DNA of 32,000 nt from Geobacter metallireducens GS-15 (GCF_000012925.1 NC_007517.1:300001-332000), one strand, 5' to 3'. Positions 1 through 9,546 are shown, numbered from the stretch's first letter. Made by a program: numbers and translations. The notes: generated by a model from the sequence alone, not told the origin.

Positions 1-1
1 C

Positions 2-904
2 CGCCTCGAAGCCCTGGCCGCCGGGATGCTCGGCACCGAGGCGGCCCTCTTCGTGACGAGCGGCACCCAGTCCAACCTCCTTGCCATCATGACCCACTGC
101 GGGCGGGGTGACGAGTACATCGCCGGCCAGACGGCCCACTGCTACCGTTTCGAGGGGGGCGGCGCCGCGGTCCTCGGCGGGGTCCAGCCCCAGCCCGTGG
201 ACGTGGAACCCGACGGAACCCTTGACCTCGTGAAAGTGGCCGCGGCCATCAAGCCCAACGATCCCCACTTTGCCCGGACACGGCTCCTCTGTCTGGAGAA
301 CACCCAGGCGGGGAGGGTTCTCCCCCTCGATTACCTGGCTCGCGCCCGTACCCTTGCCCGGGAGCGTGGCCTCGCCCTCCACCTGGACGGGGCGCGGCTC
401 TTCAATGCCGCCGTGGCCCTCGACGTGGAAGCCCGGGAGATAACGGATCATTTCGAATCGGTGTCGGTCTGTCTCTCCAAGGGGCTCGGCGCGCCGGTGG
501 GGTCGCTTTTGTGCGGGAGTCGGGGGTTTGTGGCCGAGGCCCGACGCTGGCGCAAGGTCCTCGGCGGCGGCATGCGCCAGGCAGGTGTCCTGGCCGCCGC
601 GGGAATTGTGGCCCTCACGGAGAACGTGGCGCGCCTCGCCGAGGACCACGCCAATGCGCGGCGTCTGGCCGAGGGGCTGGCTGCCGTCGGCGGTCTCGAT
701 GGTGACTCCGTCTCGGTTCAGACGAACATGGTGTTCCTCTCGCTTCCCCCTGATCATGCCGAGGCACTGGCAACCTTTCTCTGCGACAGGGGAGTTCTCA
801 TCTCCGGTCGGGAGCGCATCCGCCTTGTCACCCATCGGGATGTGACCTCTGCCGACATCGATCGGGTAGTGGGAGCCTGCGGGGAGTTTTTCAGGCGACC
901 CTGA
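2..904 (+). CDS. ltaE: Low-specificity L-threonine aldolase, 5'-truncated by the window edge
   Basis: The frame is open from base 2, so the ATG at 26 is internal. The protein 'GTEAALFVTSGTQSNLLAIMTHC...YRFEGGGAAVLGG...LENT...HLDGARLFNA...SVCLSKGLGAPVGS' matches the PLP-dependent threonine aldolase (beta-eliminating lyase) family pattern. Stop TGA at 902-904. Confidence 0.85.
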   Translation, partial: RLEALAAGMLGTEAALFVTSGTQSNLLAIMTHCGRGDEYIAGQTAHCYRFEGGGAAVLGGVQPQPVDVEPDGTLDLVKVAAAIKPNDPHFARTRLLCLENTQAGRVLPLDYLARARTLARERGLALHLDGARLFNAAVALDVEAREITDHFESVSVCLSKGLGAPVGSLLCGSRGFVAEARRWRKVLGGGMRQAGVLAAAGIVALTENVARLAEDHANARRLAEGLAAVGGLDGDSVSVQTNMVFLSLPPDHAEALATFLCDRGVLISGRERIRLVTHRDVTSADIDRVVGACGEFFRRP

Positions 905-991
905 CGCCTCATTCCTTCCATTGCAAAAGCTGCCTCCTATGGTTTACTTGAACGTGTCGCCTCCCCGAAAAACGCCTTCTGGAGTCAGATC

Positions 992-1654
992 ATGCCCATG
1001 AAAATTTTTGTGTGGATGCTTGCCGTTGTTGCGGGGATTCTCGCCTCGTGTGCCTTCATTACCGTCAACGTCTATTTCCCCGAGAAGGAGGTCAAGAAGG
1101 CCTTCAAGACCTTGGACGAGAAATACCTGGGGAAGGAGGGGGGGGAGGCGCCCGTCCCGGAACAGCCCCCGGCCGGTGCTGAACCGGCGCCGGCAGAGAA
1201 GCCCCAGAGCCGGTTCGAGGGAGCGCGATGGCCCCTCGCGGTGACAGCCACCGCCTGGGCTGCCGAGGATGCGGCCGGCGGCCTGGTGGTTGAGCTTTCG
1301 CGGATGCCCGAGGTGGTCAAGGCCTACGAGGAGATGAGAGGACGGCTCACGACCCTCGATCAGTTGCGTGACGGCGGCATTGTGGGAGAAACCAACCAGG
1401 GACTTGTCACGGTCCGCGACCCCTCCCGGATTGCCGGCCTGAAGGGAGCGGTGGACGAGGAGAACGCCAACCGCAAGACCGTCATTACCGGCATGGCTCG
1501 GGCAATCCTGAAGCAGGCGGGGAAGCCCGACACACCGGCCAATATGGGACAGGTTCTCGGCAAGGCGGCCGCCACCTATGCCCAGACGAAACAGGAAACC
1601 GCCCGGCCAGGCTGGTGGATCCAGTTGCAAAACGGAAAGTGGGTACAGAAATGA
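992..1654 (+). CDS. DUF1318/YdbL-like periplasmic protein
   Basis: GGAG lies 7 nt upstream of the ATG at 992. The N-terminus is hydrophobic ('MKIFVWMLAVVAGILASCAF'). The C-terminal half, 'GIVGETNQGLVTVRD...VDEENANRKTVITGMARAI...GWWIQLQNGKWVQK', resembles the YdbL/DUF1318 signature as I recall it. Confidence 0.65.
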   Translation: MPMKIFVWMLAVVAGILASCAFITVNVYFPEKEVKKAFKTLDEKYLGKEGGEAPVPEQPPAGAEPAPAEKPQSRFEGARWPLAVTATAWAAEDAAGGLVVELSRMPEVVKAYEEMRGRLTTLDQLRDGGIVGETNQGLVTVRDPSRIAGLKGAVDEENANRKTVITGMARAILKQAGKPDTPANMGQVLGKAAATYAQTKQETARPGWWIQLQNGKWVQK

Positions 1655-1962
1655 GCCGATTCGTTCTAATTATCCCGTTCGGAGCCCTCTCCCTCATGCT
1701 CGCTGCGTGCTCTTCCTTTCCCTGGTTGACGAAGGAAGAACCGGCCGCCACTTCCGCCCCTACTGCCAAGAACCGCTGTCTCCTCGAATCCGAGGATTGC
1801 CCTCCGCGGAAGATGACCATCACTGAACTGATCGCTGGTCTGAAGCATGAAATTGCCAGGGGTGAGGCCGTGTACACCCCGGCCGAACTCCAGAAGCTCG
1901 AAAACAAGCTCCGGGATTACGAAGTGATGTACGACCGCCTGATGTACGGCAACGACGATTGA
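1651..1962 (+). CDS. Small lipoprotein, function unknown
   Basis: Its ATG at 1651 overlaps the upstream TGA (ATGA, 1651-1654), indicating translational coupling. The signal peptide 'MSRFVLIIPFGALSLMLAAC' carries an L-A-A-C lipobox. Confidence 0.6.
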   Translation: MSRFVLIIPFGALSLMLAACSSFPWLTKEEPAATSAPTAKNRCLLESEDCPPRKMTITELIAGLKHEIARGEAVYTPAELQKLENKLRDYEVMYDRLMYGNDD

Positions 1963-2319
1963 AACGAAATGGTTAGTGTAACGATTCCGATGCGTTGGTT
2001 GCATTGATGTGAGTTTTTGAGCATTAATTAATAATAAGTTATTGACTTTTAATGTAGCACCATTTACTCTTGCGGCGCAAAACGCAGGAGGCGACGATAC
2101 CTGATTCCGCAAGACAGGCGGACCCCCTTCGATTCCCTTTTGAATCGCCCCAGGACATATTCTCCCCCATCCTGCAACACATCACAACTAAAGCGTGGAA
2201 AACAGTGCTGACAGAGCGCGGCGTGGCGTTTACGGCGTGCCGACCCGACTCCGTGCTGTCCGGCGTCCTGGCAATCGCGTCGGGACGGATTGCTCCGTTT
2301 TTCCCATGAGGGTTATTTC

Positions 2320-3000
2320 ATGCATCTGACTGACTGTTTCACGGAACTGGTGGCCTATGTCACCCACTTCCTCCGCACGGCCGCGGTGCGCCAGCCCTCC
2401 TACCAGGAGGTCCGCCGCGAAATCGACCTCCTCCTGGCCTCGGGGGAGTCGTGCGTCAGGCGGGAGGGGTTCTCCCGCGACGACTTCGAGCTGGCCCGCT
2501 TCGCCGTCTGCGCCTGGATCGACGAGGCGGTCCTCTCGTCGGCCTGGAGCGAGAAGAGCCTCTGGCTCCGGGAGCAGCTCCAGCGCCTCCACTACAACAC
2601 CACCGAGGCGGGTGAGGAGTTCTTCACCAGGCTGAACGCCCTGGGGCTCCACCAGCGTGAGGTGCGGGAGGTCTACTACCTCTGTCTCGCCCTCGGCTTC
2701 ACCGGCAGGTTCTGCAAGCCGGGGGACGAGTATCAGCTGGAGCAGGTGAAGACCGCCCAGCTGAAGCTCCTCGTGGGGAGCTCCGTGGGGCTTCCGTCCC
2801 TGGAGCGGACCGAGCTCTTCCCGGAGGCCTATCCGGCGGGAGCGCCCGCCATGGCTCCGGCCCGGCGCCGGGTCGGTTTCTCCCCCCTTGCCGCCGTCTG
2901 CCTCGCCGGTCCGGCGGTGTTCTTTGTCATTCTCTTCTTCGTCTACCGCTTCACCCTTTCGGGGGTGGGGGAGAATTTTTTAAGGACGGTGCCGTACTGA
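2320..3000 (+). CDS. tssL: T6SS membrane-complex protein TssL (DotU/ImpK family)
   Basis: GAGGG lies 7 nt before the ATG at 2320; the ORF track begins at an upstream TTG (2290). 'FELARFAVCAWIDEAVL...REVREVYYLCLALGFTGRF' is a DotU-like core, followed by one C-terminal TM helix ('LAAVCLAGPAVFFVILFFVY'). The gene sits directly upstream of tssM. Confidence 0.85.
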   Translation: MHLTDCFTELVAYVTHFLRTAAVRQPSYQEVRREIDLLLASGESCVRREGFSRDDFELARFAVCAWIDEAVLSSAWSEKSLWLREQLQRLHYNTTEAGEEFFTRLNALGLHQREVREVYYLCLALGFTGRFCKPGDEYQLEQVKTAQLKLLVGSSVGLPSLERTELFPEAYPAGAPAMAPARRRVGFSPLAAVCLAGPAVFFVILFFVYRFTLSGVGENFLRTVPY

Positions 3001-3001
3001 G

Positions 3002-6000
3002 ATGAAAACGAAGCTCGTGACCTTTCTCAAGTGGTTTCTCGTGGCGGGAGGGGCGGCAGTGGTCGTCCTTCTCGTTTTTGGTATTGTGCTCGCCCTCGAC
3101 TGGCCCTGGTGGGTGGCCCTCTGCATCCTCCTCCTTCTGGCGGGGATCGGGGTCGGCATTGTGCTGCTGCGGGCCATGTGGCTGCGCAAGCGGGAGCAGA
3201 ATTTCGTCCAGGAGGTGATCGCCCGGGACAAGGGGCTCCTGAAGGCCCTTTCCGGCAAGGAGCGGGAGCACCTTACCCAGCTCCAGGAGCAGTGGAAGGA
3301 TGCCATCGGCACCCTGAAGAATTCCCATCTCAAGAAGCAGGGAAACCCCCTTTACGTCCTCCCCTGGTACCTGGTGATCGGCGAGAGCGGCTCCGGGAAG
3401 ACCACCTCCCTCAACAGCGCCCGCCTGTCATCCCCTTTCATCGACGTCTGCCGGGCCTCCGGCGTTTCCGGCACCCGCAACTGCGACTGGTGGTTCTTCG
3501 AGGAATCCATCGTCATCGACACGGCCGGTCGCTACGCGGTTCCCATCGACAGCGAGAAGGACCGGGACGAGTGGCAGAAGTTCCTGTCGCTCCTCGTCAA
3601 GTACCGGAAGAAAGAGCCCCTGAACGGCCTCATCGTCACCGTGGCGGCAGACCGGCTCCTGGCGGCGGGGCGCGAGGAGAACGCGGAGGAGGGGCGCACC
3701 ATGCGGAGCCGCATCGACGAGTTGATGCGGGCCCTGGGGGTGCGGTTCCCGATCTATGTCCTCGTCACCAAGTGCGATCTGGTTGAGGGGATGAACCGCT
3801 TTGCCGGGCTTCTGCCGGAAAAGGCCCTCCGGCAGCCCATGGGGATGGTGAACCAGGAACTGGCCACGGACGTGGTCACCTTCACCGACAAGGCGGTTGC
3901 CGCCGTGGTGGAACGGCTCCGGACCCTCCGGCTGCTGCTTCTCCACCAGCCCGAGGCCCGGGAAGCGGATCCGGGGCTCGTCCTCTTTCCCGAGGAGTTC
4001 GCGGTCCTGCGGGATGCCCTCGCCGCCTTCATGGAGGGGGCCTTCCGGGAAAACCCCTACCAGGAGACCCCGGTCATGCGGGGGCTCTTCTTCTCCAGCG
4101 GCCGCCAGGAGGGGAATCCCCATTCCCGCTTCTCCGAGGCCTTGGGCCTCTCGGGGGAAATGGCGGCGCTCCCCGGCACCAGCAAGGGTCTCTTTCTCCA
4201 CGACTTTTTCGCCAGGATTCTCCCCGCCGACCGGGCGCTCCTGGCGCCGACCCGCCGTGCCGTGGAGTGGCGGGCCCTCACCGGGAACCTGGGGCTCGTC
4301 TCCTGGATGCTCCTGGGCGTGGCCCTCTGTGGTCTCCTTTCCTTTTCCTTCGTGAAGAACATGACCACCATCCGCCAGGTCTCCCATCAGTTCGAGCGGA
4401 CTCCGCGGCTGGCCGGCAACCCCACCAGCGATCTCCTAGTGCTCGACGCCTTCCGCCAGGGAATCCTGAAGGTGGAGGAGCGGAACCGCTCCTGGTGGAT
4501 TCCCCGTTTTGGCCTCACGGAGAGCGTCAAGGTGGAGCGGACCCTCAAGGAGAGGTTCTGCCGCCAGTTCCGGGACGGTTTCCTGACCCCCTACGACCGG
4601 CAGCTGGCCACCGGTGTCGCGGGCCTTTCCGCTGGCACCCCCGACGAGCTCTTCGCCCAGTACGCCATCCATCTGACCCGGCGGATCAATATCCTCAACG
4701 CCGGCATGAACGGTAAAAAGCTGCCGGAACTGAGCGCCATGCCCCAGCCGGCTTCGGTCTCCTTCCTGGCCGGCGAAACCGCCGCCGGTGCTGATGCCCG
4801 CAAGCGGTTCGGCACCCTCTACCTCCACTACCTGGCCTGGCGGGCAGATTCCCCCGATCTTGCCAAGGAGACGGCCCAGCTTCAGGGGTGGCTCCGCCAG
4901 ATCATAGGCCTCAAGGGGGGAAGCCTTTCCTGGCTTGCCCCGTGGATCGACCGGCAGTCGGGGCTTCCGTCGGTGACCATGGCCGAATTCTGGGGAGGGG
5001 GCGCGCCGCTCCCGGGAGAGGCAGCGGTTCCCCCCTCCTTTACCCGCAAGGGGAAGGGGGAGATGGACAGCCTCGTGGCCGAGCTGGAGACGGCCCTCGG
5101 CGACCCGCGCCTCGTGGCGGCGGGCAAGGGCGGCCTTGGCTCCTGGTACCGGGGGAGTTGCCTGGCGGCGTGGCAACGGCTTGCCGCGGCGTTCCCCACG
5201 GGAAAGGAGCGGCTCCGCACTGTCCGCGACTGGCAGCAGACGGCCGCCAGAATGGCCACAGACCAGGGGCCCTATTTCGCCTTCATCAACCGGATGTCCG
5301 CCGAGCTCGATACCCTCGTGGGCAAGGAGGGGGTACCTCCCTTTGTGGTCCAGCTCTATGCCTTTCAGGTGGCCCGGGCGGGGGGTGCGGTTCCGGGCGC
5401 CGTGGGGAAGGCCGCCGAGAGCGGCAAGCGTCTCATCAACTCCCTCGGCGAGAGGATTCATCCCGATGCCGCCGTGGCCAAGGGGATCGAAACGCCCCTG
5501 GCGGCCCCGAAGGCCTGGCAGGAGTACCAGACGGCCCTGGCGGCCATCGCGCCGGCGGCATCGTCGCGGCAGCAGGCCTTCCAATTGGCCACTCAGACCT
5601 TCGGCGACGACCCGGCCACCGGCAAGACCCCCTTTATGGCCGCCTGGGGCGCAGCCGGCCGCCTTCGGGCCGGAGTTGCCGGCGCCGGAGCCGACGAAGC
5701 CTTCTGGCGGCTCGTGACCGGCCCCCTCGACTACCTCTGGACCTACGTCCGGCATGAGGCCGGCTGCCAGCTCCAGACCCTCTGGGAGGAGCAGGTGATC
5801 GCCGCCACCCTCGGGATGCCCCCCCAGCAGGCGGGCCCCCTGCTCCTTGGCCCCGACGGCCTTGCCTGGCGCTTCGTCAAGGGGCCCGCAGCTCCCTTCA
5901 TCCGGGGGACCGCCGCCGGCTACGCGCCCCGGCAGGCCCTCGGGGTGGCACTCCCCATCGAGGGGGCCCTCTTCGCCTTCCTCTCCAAGGGTGCCCAGAT

Positions 6001-6466
6001 TCAGGCCTCGGCTGGGGGGCGCCAGCCCAACTACACCGTGGCCGTCAAGGGGCTTCCCACCGACGCCAACGCCGATGCCCGGATCAGGCCCCACGCCACC
6101 CGGCTGGAGCTCCAGTGCGCTGGCACCCCCCAGACCCTCGTGAACCAGAACTTCCCCGTAGGGAAGACCTTCTACTGGTCCCCCGAAACCTGCGGCGACG
6201 TCATCTTTCAGATCGAGGTGGGTGACCAGGTTCTCACCAAACGTTACGGCGGTCCCCAGGCCTTCCCCGACTTCCTCCGGGAGTTTGCCGGCGGTTCGCG
6301 CACTTTCCCGGCCCGGGAGTTCCCCGGCGAGAAGGAGGCCCTTGAGCGGATGGGGATCAAGCATATCCGCGTCAACTACCAGATCATGGGGGGAGGGCAG
6401 GTGGTCAAACAGGGGAGCGCCATGGCCGGCGCCACGGCCCCCCGGGTCATCGCCCGGTGCTGGTAA
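3002..6466 (+). CDS. tssM: T6SS membrane-complex protein TssM (IcmF/ImpL family)
   Basis: 1154 aa with N-terminal TM helices and a Walker A motif 'GESGSGKTT'. A further TM segment lies near aa 430-450, followed by a large periplasmic C-terminal region. Its start is 1 nt after the tssL stop. Confidence 0.9.
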   Translation: MKTKLVTFLKWFLVAGGAAVVVLLVFGIVLALDWPWWVALCILLLLAGIGVGIVLLRAMWLRKREQNFVQEVIARDKGLLKALSGKEREHLTQLQEQWKDAIGTLKNSHLKKQGNPLYVLPWYLVIGESGSGKTTSLNSARLSSPFIDVCRASGVSGTRNCDWWFFEESIVIDTAGRYAVPIDSEKDRDEWQKFLSLLVKYRKKEPLNGLIVTVAADRLLAAGREENAEEGRTMRSRIDELMRALGVRFPIYVLVTKCDLVEGMNRFAGLLPEKALRQPMGMVNQELATDVVTFTDKAVAAVVERLRTLRLLLLHQPEAREADPGLVLFPEEFAVLRDALAAFMEGAFRENPYQETPVMRGLFFSSGRQEGNPHSRFSEALGLSGEMAALPGTSKGLFLHDFFARILPADRALLAPTRRAVEWRALTGNLGLVSWMLLGVALCGLLSFSFVKNMTTIRQVSHQFERTPRLAGNPTSDLLVLDAFRQGILKVEERNRSWWIPRFGLTESVKVERTLKERFCRQFRDGFLTPYDRQLATGVAGLSAGTPDELFAQYAIHLTRRINILNAGMNGKKLPELSAMPQPASVSFLAGETAAGADARKRFGTLYLHYLAWRADSPDLAKETAQLQGWLRQIIGLKGGSLSWLAPWIDRQSGLPSVTMAEFWGGGAPLPGEAAVPPSFTRKGKGEMDSLVAELETALGDPRLVAAGKGGLGSWYRGSCLAAWQRLAAAFPTGKERLRTVRDWQQTAARMATDQGPYFAFINRMSAELDTLVGKEGVPPFVVQLYAFQVARAGGAVPGAVGKAAESGKRLINSLGERIHPDAAVAKGIETPLAAPKAWQEYQTALAAIAPAASSRQQAFQLATQTFGDDPATGKTPFMAAWGAAGRLRAGVAGAGADEAFWRLVTGPLDYLWTYVRHEAGCQLQTLWEEQVIAATLGMPPQQAGPLLLGPDGLAWRFVKGPAAPFIRGTAAGYAPRQALGVALPIEGALFAFLSKGAQIQASAGGRQPNYTVAVKGLPTDANADARIRPHATRLELQCAGTPQTLVNQNFPVGKTFYWSPETCGDVIFQIEVGDQVLTKRYGGPQAFPDFLREFAGGSRTFPAREFPGEKEALERMGIKHIRVNYQIMGGGQVVKQGSAMAGATAPRVIARCW

Positions 6467-6507
6467 CGGCAGCCCCCCAATCTCACGGATGAGAAGGAGT
6501 GCGACTG

Positions 6508-8880
6508 ATGCTCGGCACTGACATGACAACCGGCTGGAACTGGTCAGCCTTCGGCAAGCACCCGGCGGCGGCCGATTACTTCCGCCTCGGCCATGCTTCC
6601 CCCTTCGTGGAGGGCCTCACGAAATGGGTGGAGAGCGGCTACCGGCTCCTGGCGGAGCGAAGCGACGCCCCGCCCGCGTTCTGCTCCTGGCGCTTCTGGG
6701 CCCGGGGCTATGGCCGGGACCCACTGGTCCTGGGAGTGGTGCGGGTCTCCAGCGACAGCCTCGGCCGCCCCTATCCCCTCCTTATCATGGGGAGCGGTCC
6801 CCTGGAGGGGTGGGAGGGGCAATGGGACCTCCTCCCCTTTGCCGCGGAGAAGAGTTGGTGCCAGATCGAATTCCTGGCCACCCATACCTTCGGCGACCTC
6901 AGGAAGTTGGAAGAGGGGCTCCAGGGGCTGCGTCCCCCTGCCGCCGAGTGGGACGAGCTGGCCGAACGCCGCGGGGGGCTGAATCGCCTCGGCTCCCCCC
7001 TGGACCCCTACGCCTCGTTCCTGGACATTCCCCGGCTGGAAAAGGTAGCCGCCGAACGGGCCGGGCGGGACGAGTTCTCGGTGCGGCTCGACCGTGGGCC
7101 GGTCAACGACAAGATCACCCTGGTGAGCCTCTGGCACCTGCTGGCCAAGGGGGCGGCGAAGGGAGTCCCCAATGCCCTCTTCATGGGGGGAACCCTGGAG
7201 CGCTCCTTTCTCGCCTCCTACCGGCGGGCCCTGGCTCCGGGGGATTTTCTCCACCTCTGGTCCGCCTCGGATGCCGCGGGGTGGCCCAACAGCATCGGAA
7301 CGGAGTACGCCATGGATATAGCAACCCTGGGAAAAGAGCCTGTTCGCCCCGACCAGCCGGTGGGTGACGACGTCCGCTACGATCCCCTCTTCGACACTCT
7401 CCAGGCCGAGGTGGACAAACTAACCTCCCCGGCCATCGCCGGCAACATCGACTGGGAGAAGGTGGTGCGGCTATCAGCCGACATCCTGGCCACCCGCTCC
7501 AAGGACCTCCTGGTGGCCAGCTACCTGGCCGTGGGGCTCGTCCAGACCCGCGGCGGCGACGGCCTGGCCCTGGGGCTCAAGGTCTGGCGCGATCTCCTGG
7601 AGCGGTTCTGGAACGACCTCTACCCCACCCGGATGCGGGGACGTCAGCGGAGCGTGGAGTGGTGGCTGGACCGGACCGAGATCGCCCTGCGCCAGCAGGG
7701 GGAGCAGACCCTGCCGGGGGAACAGCACGTCATCGTGCTGGAGACCCTCGGCGCCATCGACCGCTTCCTGCGCGAGCGCCTGGAGAATGCCCCGTCCCTC
7801 ACCAAATTGCGGGAGCTGGTAGTGGATATGGCGCCGGAAGTGAACGTGGAGGCGGTTGCCGAAGCCGCGGCCCCACCGCCGGTTCAGGCCGAGGCGCCGG
7901 CCGATCTCTTTACCCCCCCGAGCCAGGTCGCTGTCCGCCCCGTGGAGGTCCCCCGGCAGACAAGCATCCCAGGCTCACCCCTTCAGGCCCTCGAAGCGGG
8001 GTTGCGGCAAGTGGGGGAGGCTGCCGGAGCCCTGCTCCAGCAGGACCCCTCAAGTCCGGTACCTTACCGTCTTTCACGGCTCGCCGCCTGGGGTCAAGTT
8101 ACGGAGCTTCCGCCGGCTGTGAACGGCCGCACCCGCATCCCCCCTCCCGAGCGCCAGGTGTTGACTCTCCTCCAGGAGCTGGCCAGCCACGGCGACGGCG
8201 AAGCGCTCCTCAAGGCCGCCGAAGCGCGGCTTCCCCAGTTCATCTTCTGGCTTGACCTGAACCGATTTACCGCCGAAGCCCTTTCCCGCCTTGGCGACCG
8301 TTTCTCCTCTGCCCGCGAGGCGGTCTGCGCCGAGACGGCGGCCCTTGCGGGGCGGCTTCCGGGCCTTGAGGGGCTCTCCTTTGCCGACGGCACTCCCTTC
8401 GCCGATGGGGAGACCCGCCAGTGGCTCGCGGGGGTCATGCAGCGGGAGTCATCCGCCGCCCAATGCCCCGCCGAAGCCGATACCGAAGGCCGGGCCGAGG
8501 CCATCGCCCAAGAGGTTGATGAGGCCCAGGCCCTCATCCGGAGCGGCAAGCTCCTGGAGGCGGTGGAGCGGTTCCAGGGGCACCTGGGCAACGGTGCCTC
8601 CCGCAAGGAAAAACTCCACTGGCGCCTCGCCCTGGCCCAGCTCCTCGTGAACACCAACCGGGCGAAGTTGGCGCTCCCCCACCTGGAGCAGGTCGTGGCC
8701 GACATTGGGGCCTTCGGCCTCGAAGAGTACGACCCGGCCCTGGCCCTGCGGGGGCTGAAGCTCGCCTGGATCGGCTTCGATTCCCAGGCCGAACCCCGCT
8801 TCAAGGAGAAGGCCGCCGAGGCCCTCCACCGCATCGCCCGCCTCGACCCGGTGGAGATGGTGCGGCTGGCCAAGGGGTAA
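6508..8880 (+). CDS. Single ORF joining TagF (DUF2094/ImpM-like) to TssA (ImpA_N domain protein)
   Basis: AAGGAG (6494-6499) precedes the ATG at 6508. The N-terminal ~265 aa ('WSAFGKHPAAADYFRLG...PYPLLIMG') look TagF-like. From aa ~270, 'VGDDVRYDPLFDTLQAEVDKL...DWEKVVRLSADILATRSKDLLVASYLAVGLV' is the ImpA N-terminal signature of TssA. There is no stop codon between the two parts. An internal GGAG plus ATG at 7312 could also give a stand-alone TssA. Confidence 0.75.
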   Translation: MLGTDMTTGWNWSAFGKHPAAADYFRLGHASPFVEGLTKWVESGYRLLAERSDAPPAFCSWRFWARGYGRDPLVLGVVRVSSDSLGRPYPLLIMGSGPLEGWEGQWDLLPFAAEKSWCQIEFLATHTFGDLRKLEEGLQGLRPPAAEWDELAERRGGLNRLGSPLDPYASFLDIPRLEKVAAERAGRDEFSVRLDRGPVNDKITLVSLWHLLAKGAAKGVPNALFMGGTLERSFLASYRRALAPGDFLHLWSASDAAGWPNSIGTEYAMDIATLGKEPVRPDQPVGDDVRYDPLFDTLQAEVDKLTSPAIAGNIDWEKVVRLSADILATRSKDLLVASYLAVGLVQTRGGDGLALGLKVWRDLLERFWNDLYPTRMRGRQRSVEWWLDRTEIALRQQGEQTLPGEQHVIVLETLGAIDRFLRERLENAPSLTKLRELVVDMAPEVNVEAVAEAAAPPPVQAEAPADLFTPPSQVAVRPVEVPRQTSIPGSPLQALEAGLRQVGEAAGALLQQDPSSPVPYRLSRLAAWGQVTELPPAVNGRTRIPPPERQVLTLLQELASHGDGEALLKAAEARLPQFIFWLDLNRFTAEALSRLGDRFSSAREAVCAETAALAGRLPGLEGLSFADGTPFADGETRQWLAGVMQRESSAAQCPAEADTEGRAEAIAQEVDEAQALIRSGKLLEAVERFQGHLGNGASRKEKLHWRLALAQLLVNTNRAKLALPHLEQVVADIGAFGLEEYDPALALRGLKLAWIGFDSQAEPRFKEKAAEALHRIARLDPVEMVRLAKG

Positions 8881-8901
8881 GAACATCGTGGAGGATAACA
8901 A

Positions 8902-9546
8902 GTGAAATGTATCTGGCTGGTAGGGTTAACTATCATTCTTTTGCCATTTCTTGCCGGGCCTTGCGATGCTTTCCGTAAAGCTGAGGGGAGTATTCCGATA
9001 TGCAAAGGTCCCGGTTGTGAGACTGTTGCGGTCGAGACCCCCTGGCCGGAAGCGCCATCGTCGGATGAAAGCATTACGGTTCTGTTCGGGGGGGGCTCAT
9101 TTCGGGTGCCATCCGATGTGGCTTCTGTGGGGATAGGAGACAACCTGAGCGTCTTCAGGTTCAAGAGCGGGGAGCCTTTGCTGCTCAGCAGAGAAACATT
9201 CAGTGCCCTCAAACTTCCCAAACGCGGACTGTCGGTAATTGAGGCAGCCAACGTTCTCTTTACCAAAACGCCTAAAGATCCAGAGCCTTCCGGAAAGGAT
9301 GATCGCAAGAGCTGGCGACTAATGCTGTCGATGAAACGGGGATTCTTCTCCACAAATCCACGGCTGGCTGTGTACCGCAAGGGTCCGGTCACGATCTACC
9401 AGATAACGGAAGGTCCAGGCCCTTACCGAAATGTGGCGTTAGTTGCTAATGCGCATTCCCGAAATTTCCTTATGCGTCTGGAGAGCAATTGTGAAGACAA
9501 GAAGTTCATCGAAGTCTTGTCCACTATTTCCGCAAAGGAGAAATGA
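8902..9546 (+). CDS. Secreted hypothetical protein, visibly lower GC than its flanks
   Basis: GTG start at 8902, preceded by GGAGGA (8890-8895). N-terminal signal-like segment 'MKCIWLVGLTIILLPFLAGPC'. I recognise no family. Confidence 0.55.
   Translation: MKCIWLVGLTIILLPFLAGPCDAFRKAEGSIPICKGPGCETVAVETPWPEAPSSDESITVLFGGGSFRVPSDVASVGIGDNLSVFRFKSGEPLLLSRETFSALKLPKRGLSVIEAANVLFTKTPKDPEPSGKDDRKSWRLMLSMKRGFFSTNPRLAVYRKGPVTIYQITEGPGPYRNVALVANAHSRNFLMRLESNCEDKKFIEVLSTISAKEK

Noticed and set aside
1651-1962. The small lipoprotein upstream of tssL, considered as a candidate TssJ.
   Set aside because: It is translationally coupled to the DUF1318 gene and separated from tssL by 357 bp. It is only 103 aa, and its mature part looks helical rather than like the beta-sandwich expected for TssJ.
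2050-2075. A possible sigma54 promoter ('tAGCACcatttactcTTGCg') upstream of tssL.
   Set aside because: The spacing between the GCAC and TTGC elements is about 9 nt rather than the ~5 nt required by the -24/-12 consensus, and the GG dinucleotide is AG.
2070-2309. A 79-aa ORF in the tssL leader region.
   Set aside because: It has no RBS and no recognisable features. It overlaps the probable promoter and 5' UTR, so it is more likely non-coding.
4436-6529. A 697-aa ORF on the minus strand, antisense to tssM. Similar long antisense ORFs lie at 3428-4387, 944-1630, 10245-11381, 20316-21260 and 25026-25676.
   Set aside because: These are typical GC-rich shadow ORFs. Their composition is Gly/Pro/Arg/Ala-dominated and low-complexity, they have no RBS or recognisable domains, and they fully overlap confidently identified plus-strand genes.
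8094-9392. A 432-aa minus-strand ORF spanning the tssA 3' end and the first low-GC gene.
   Set aside because: It gives a Ser/Arg/Pro-rich translation with no motif. It crosses a compositional boundary, and it is antisense to an ORF with a good RBS and signal peptide.
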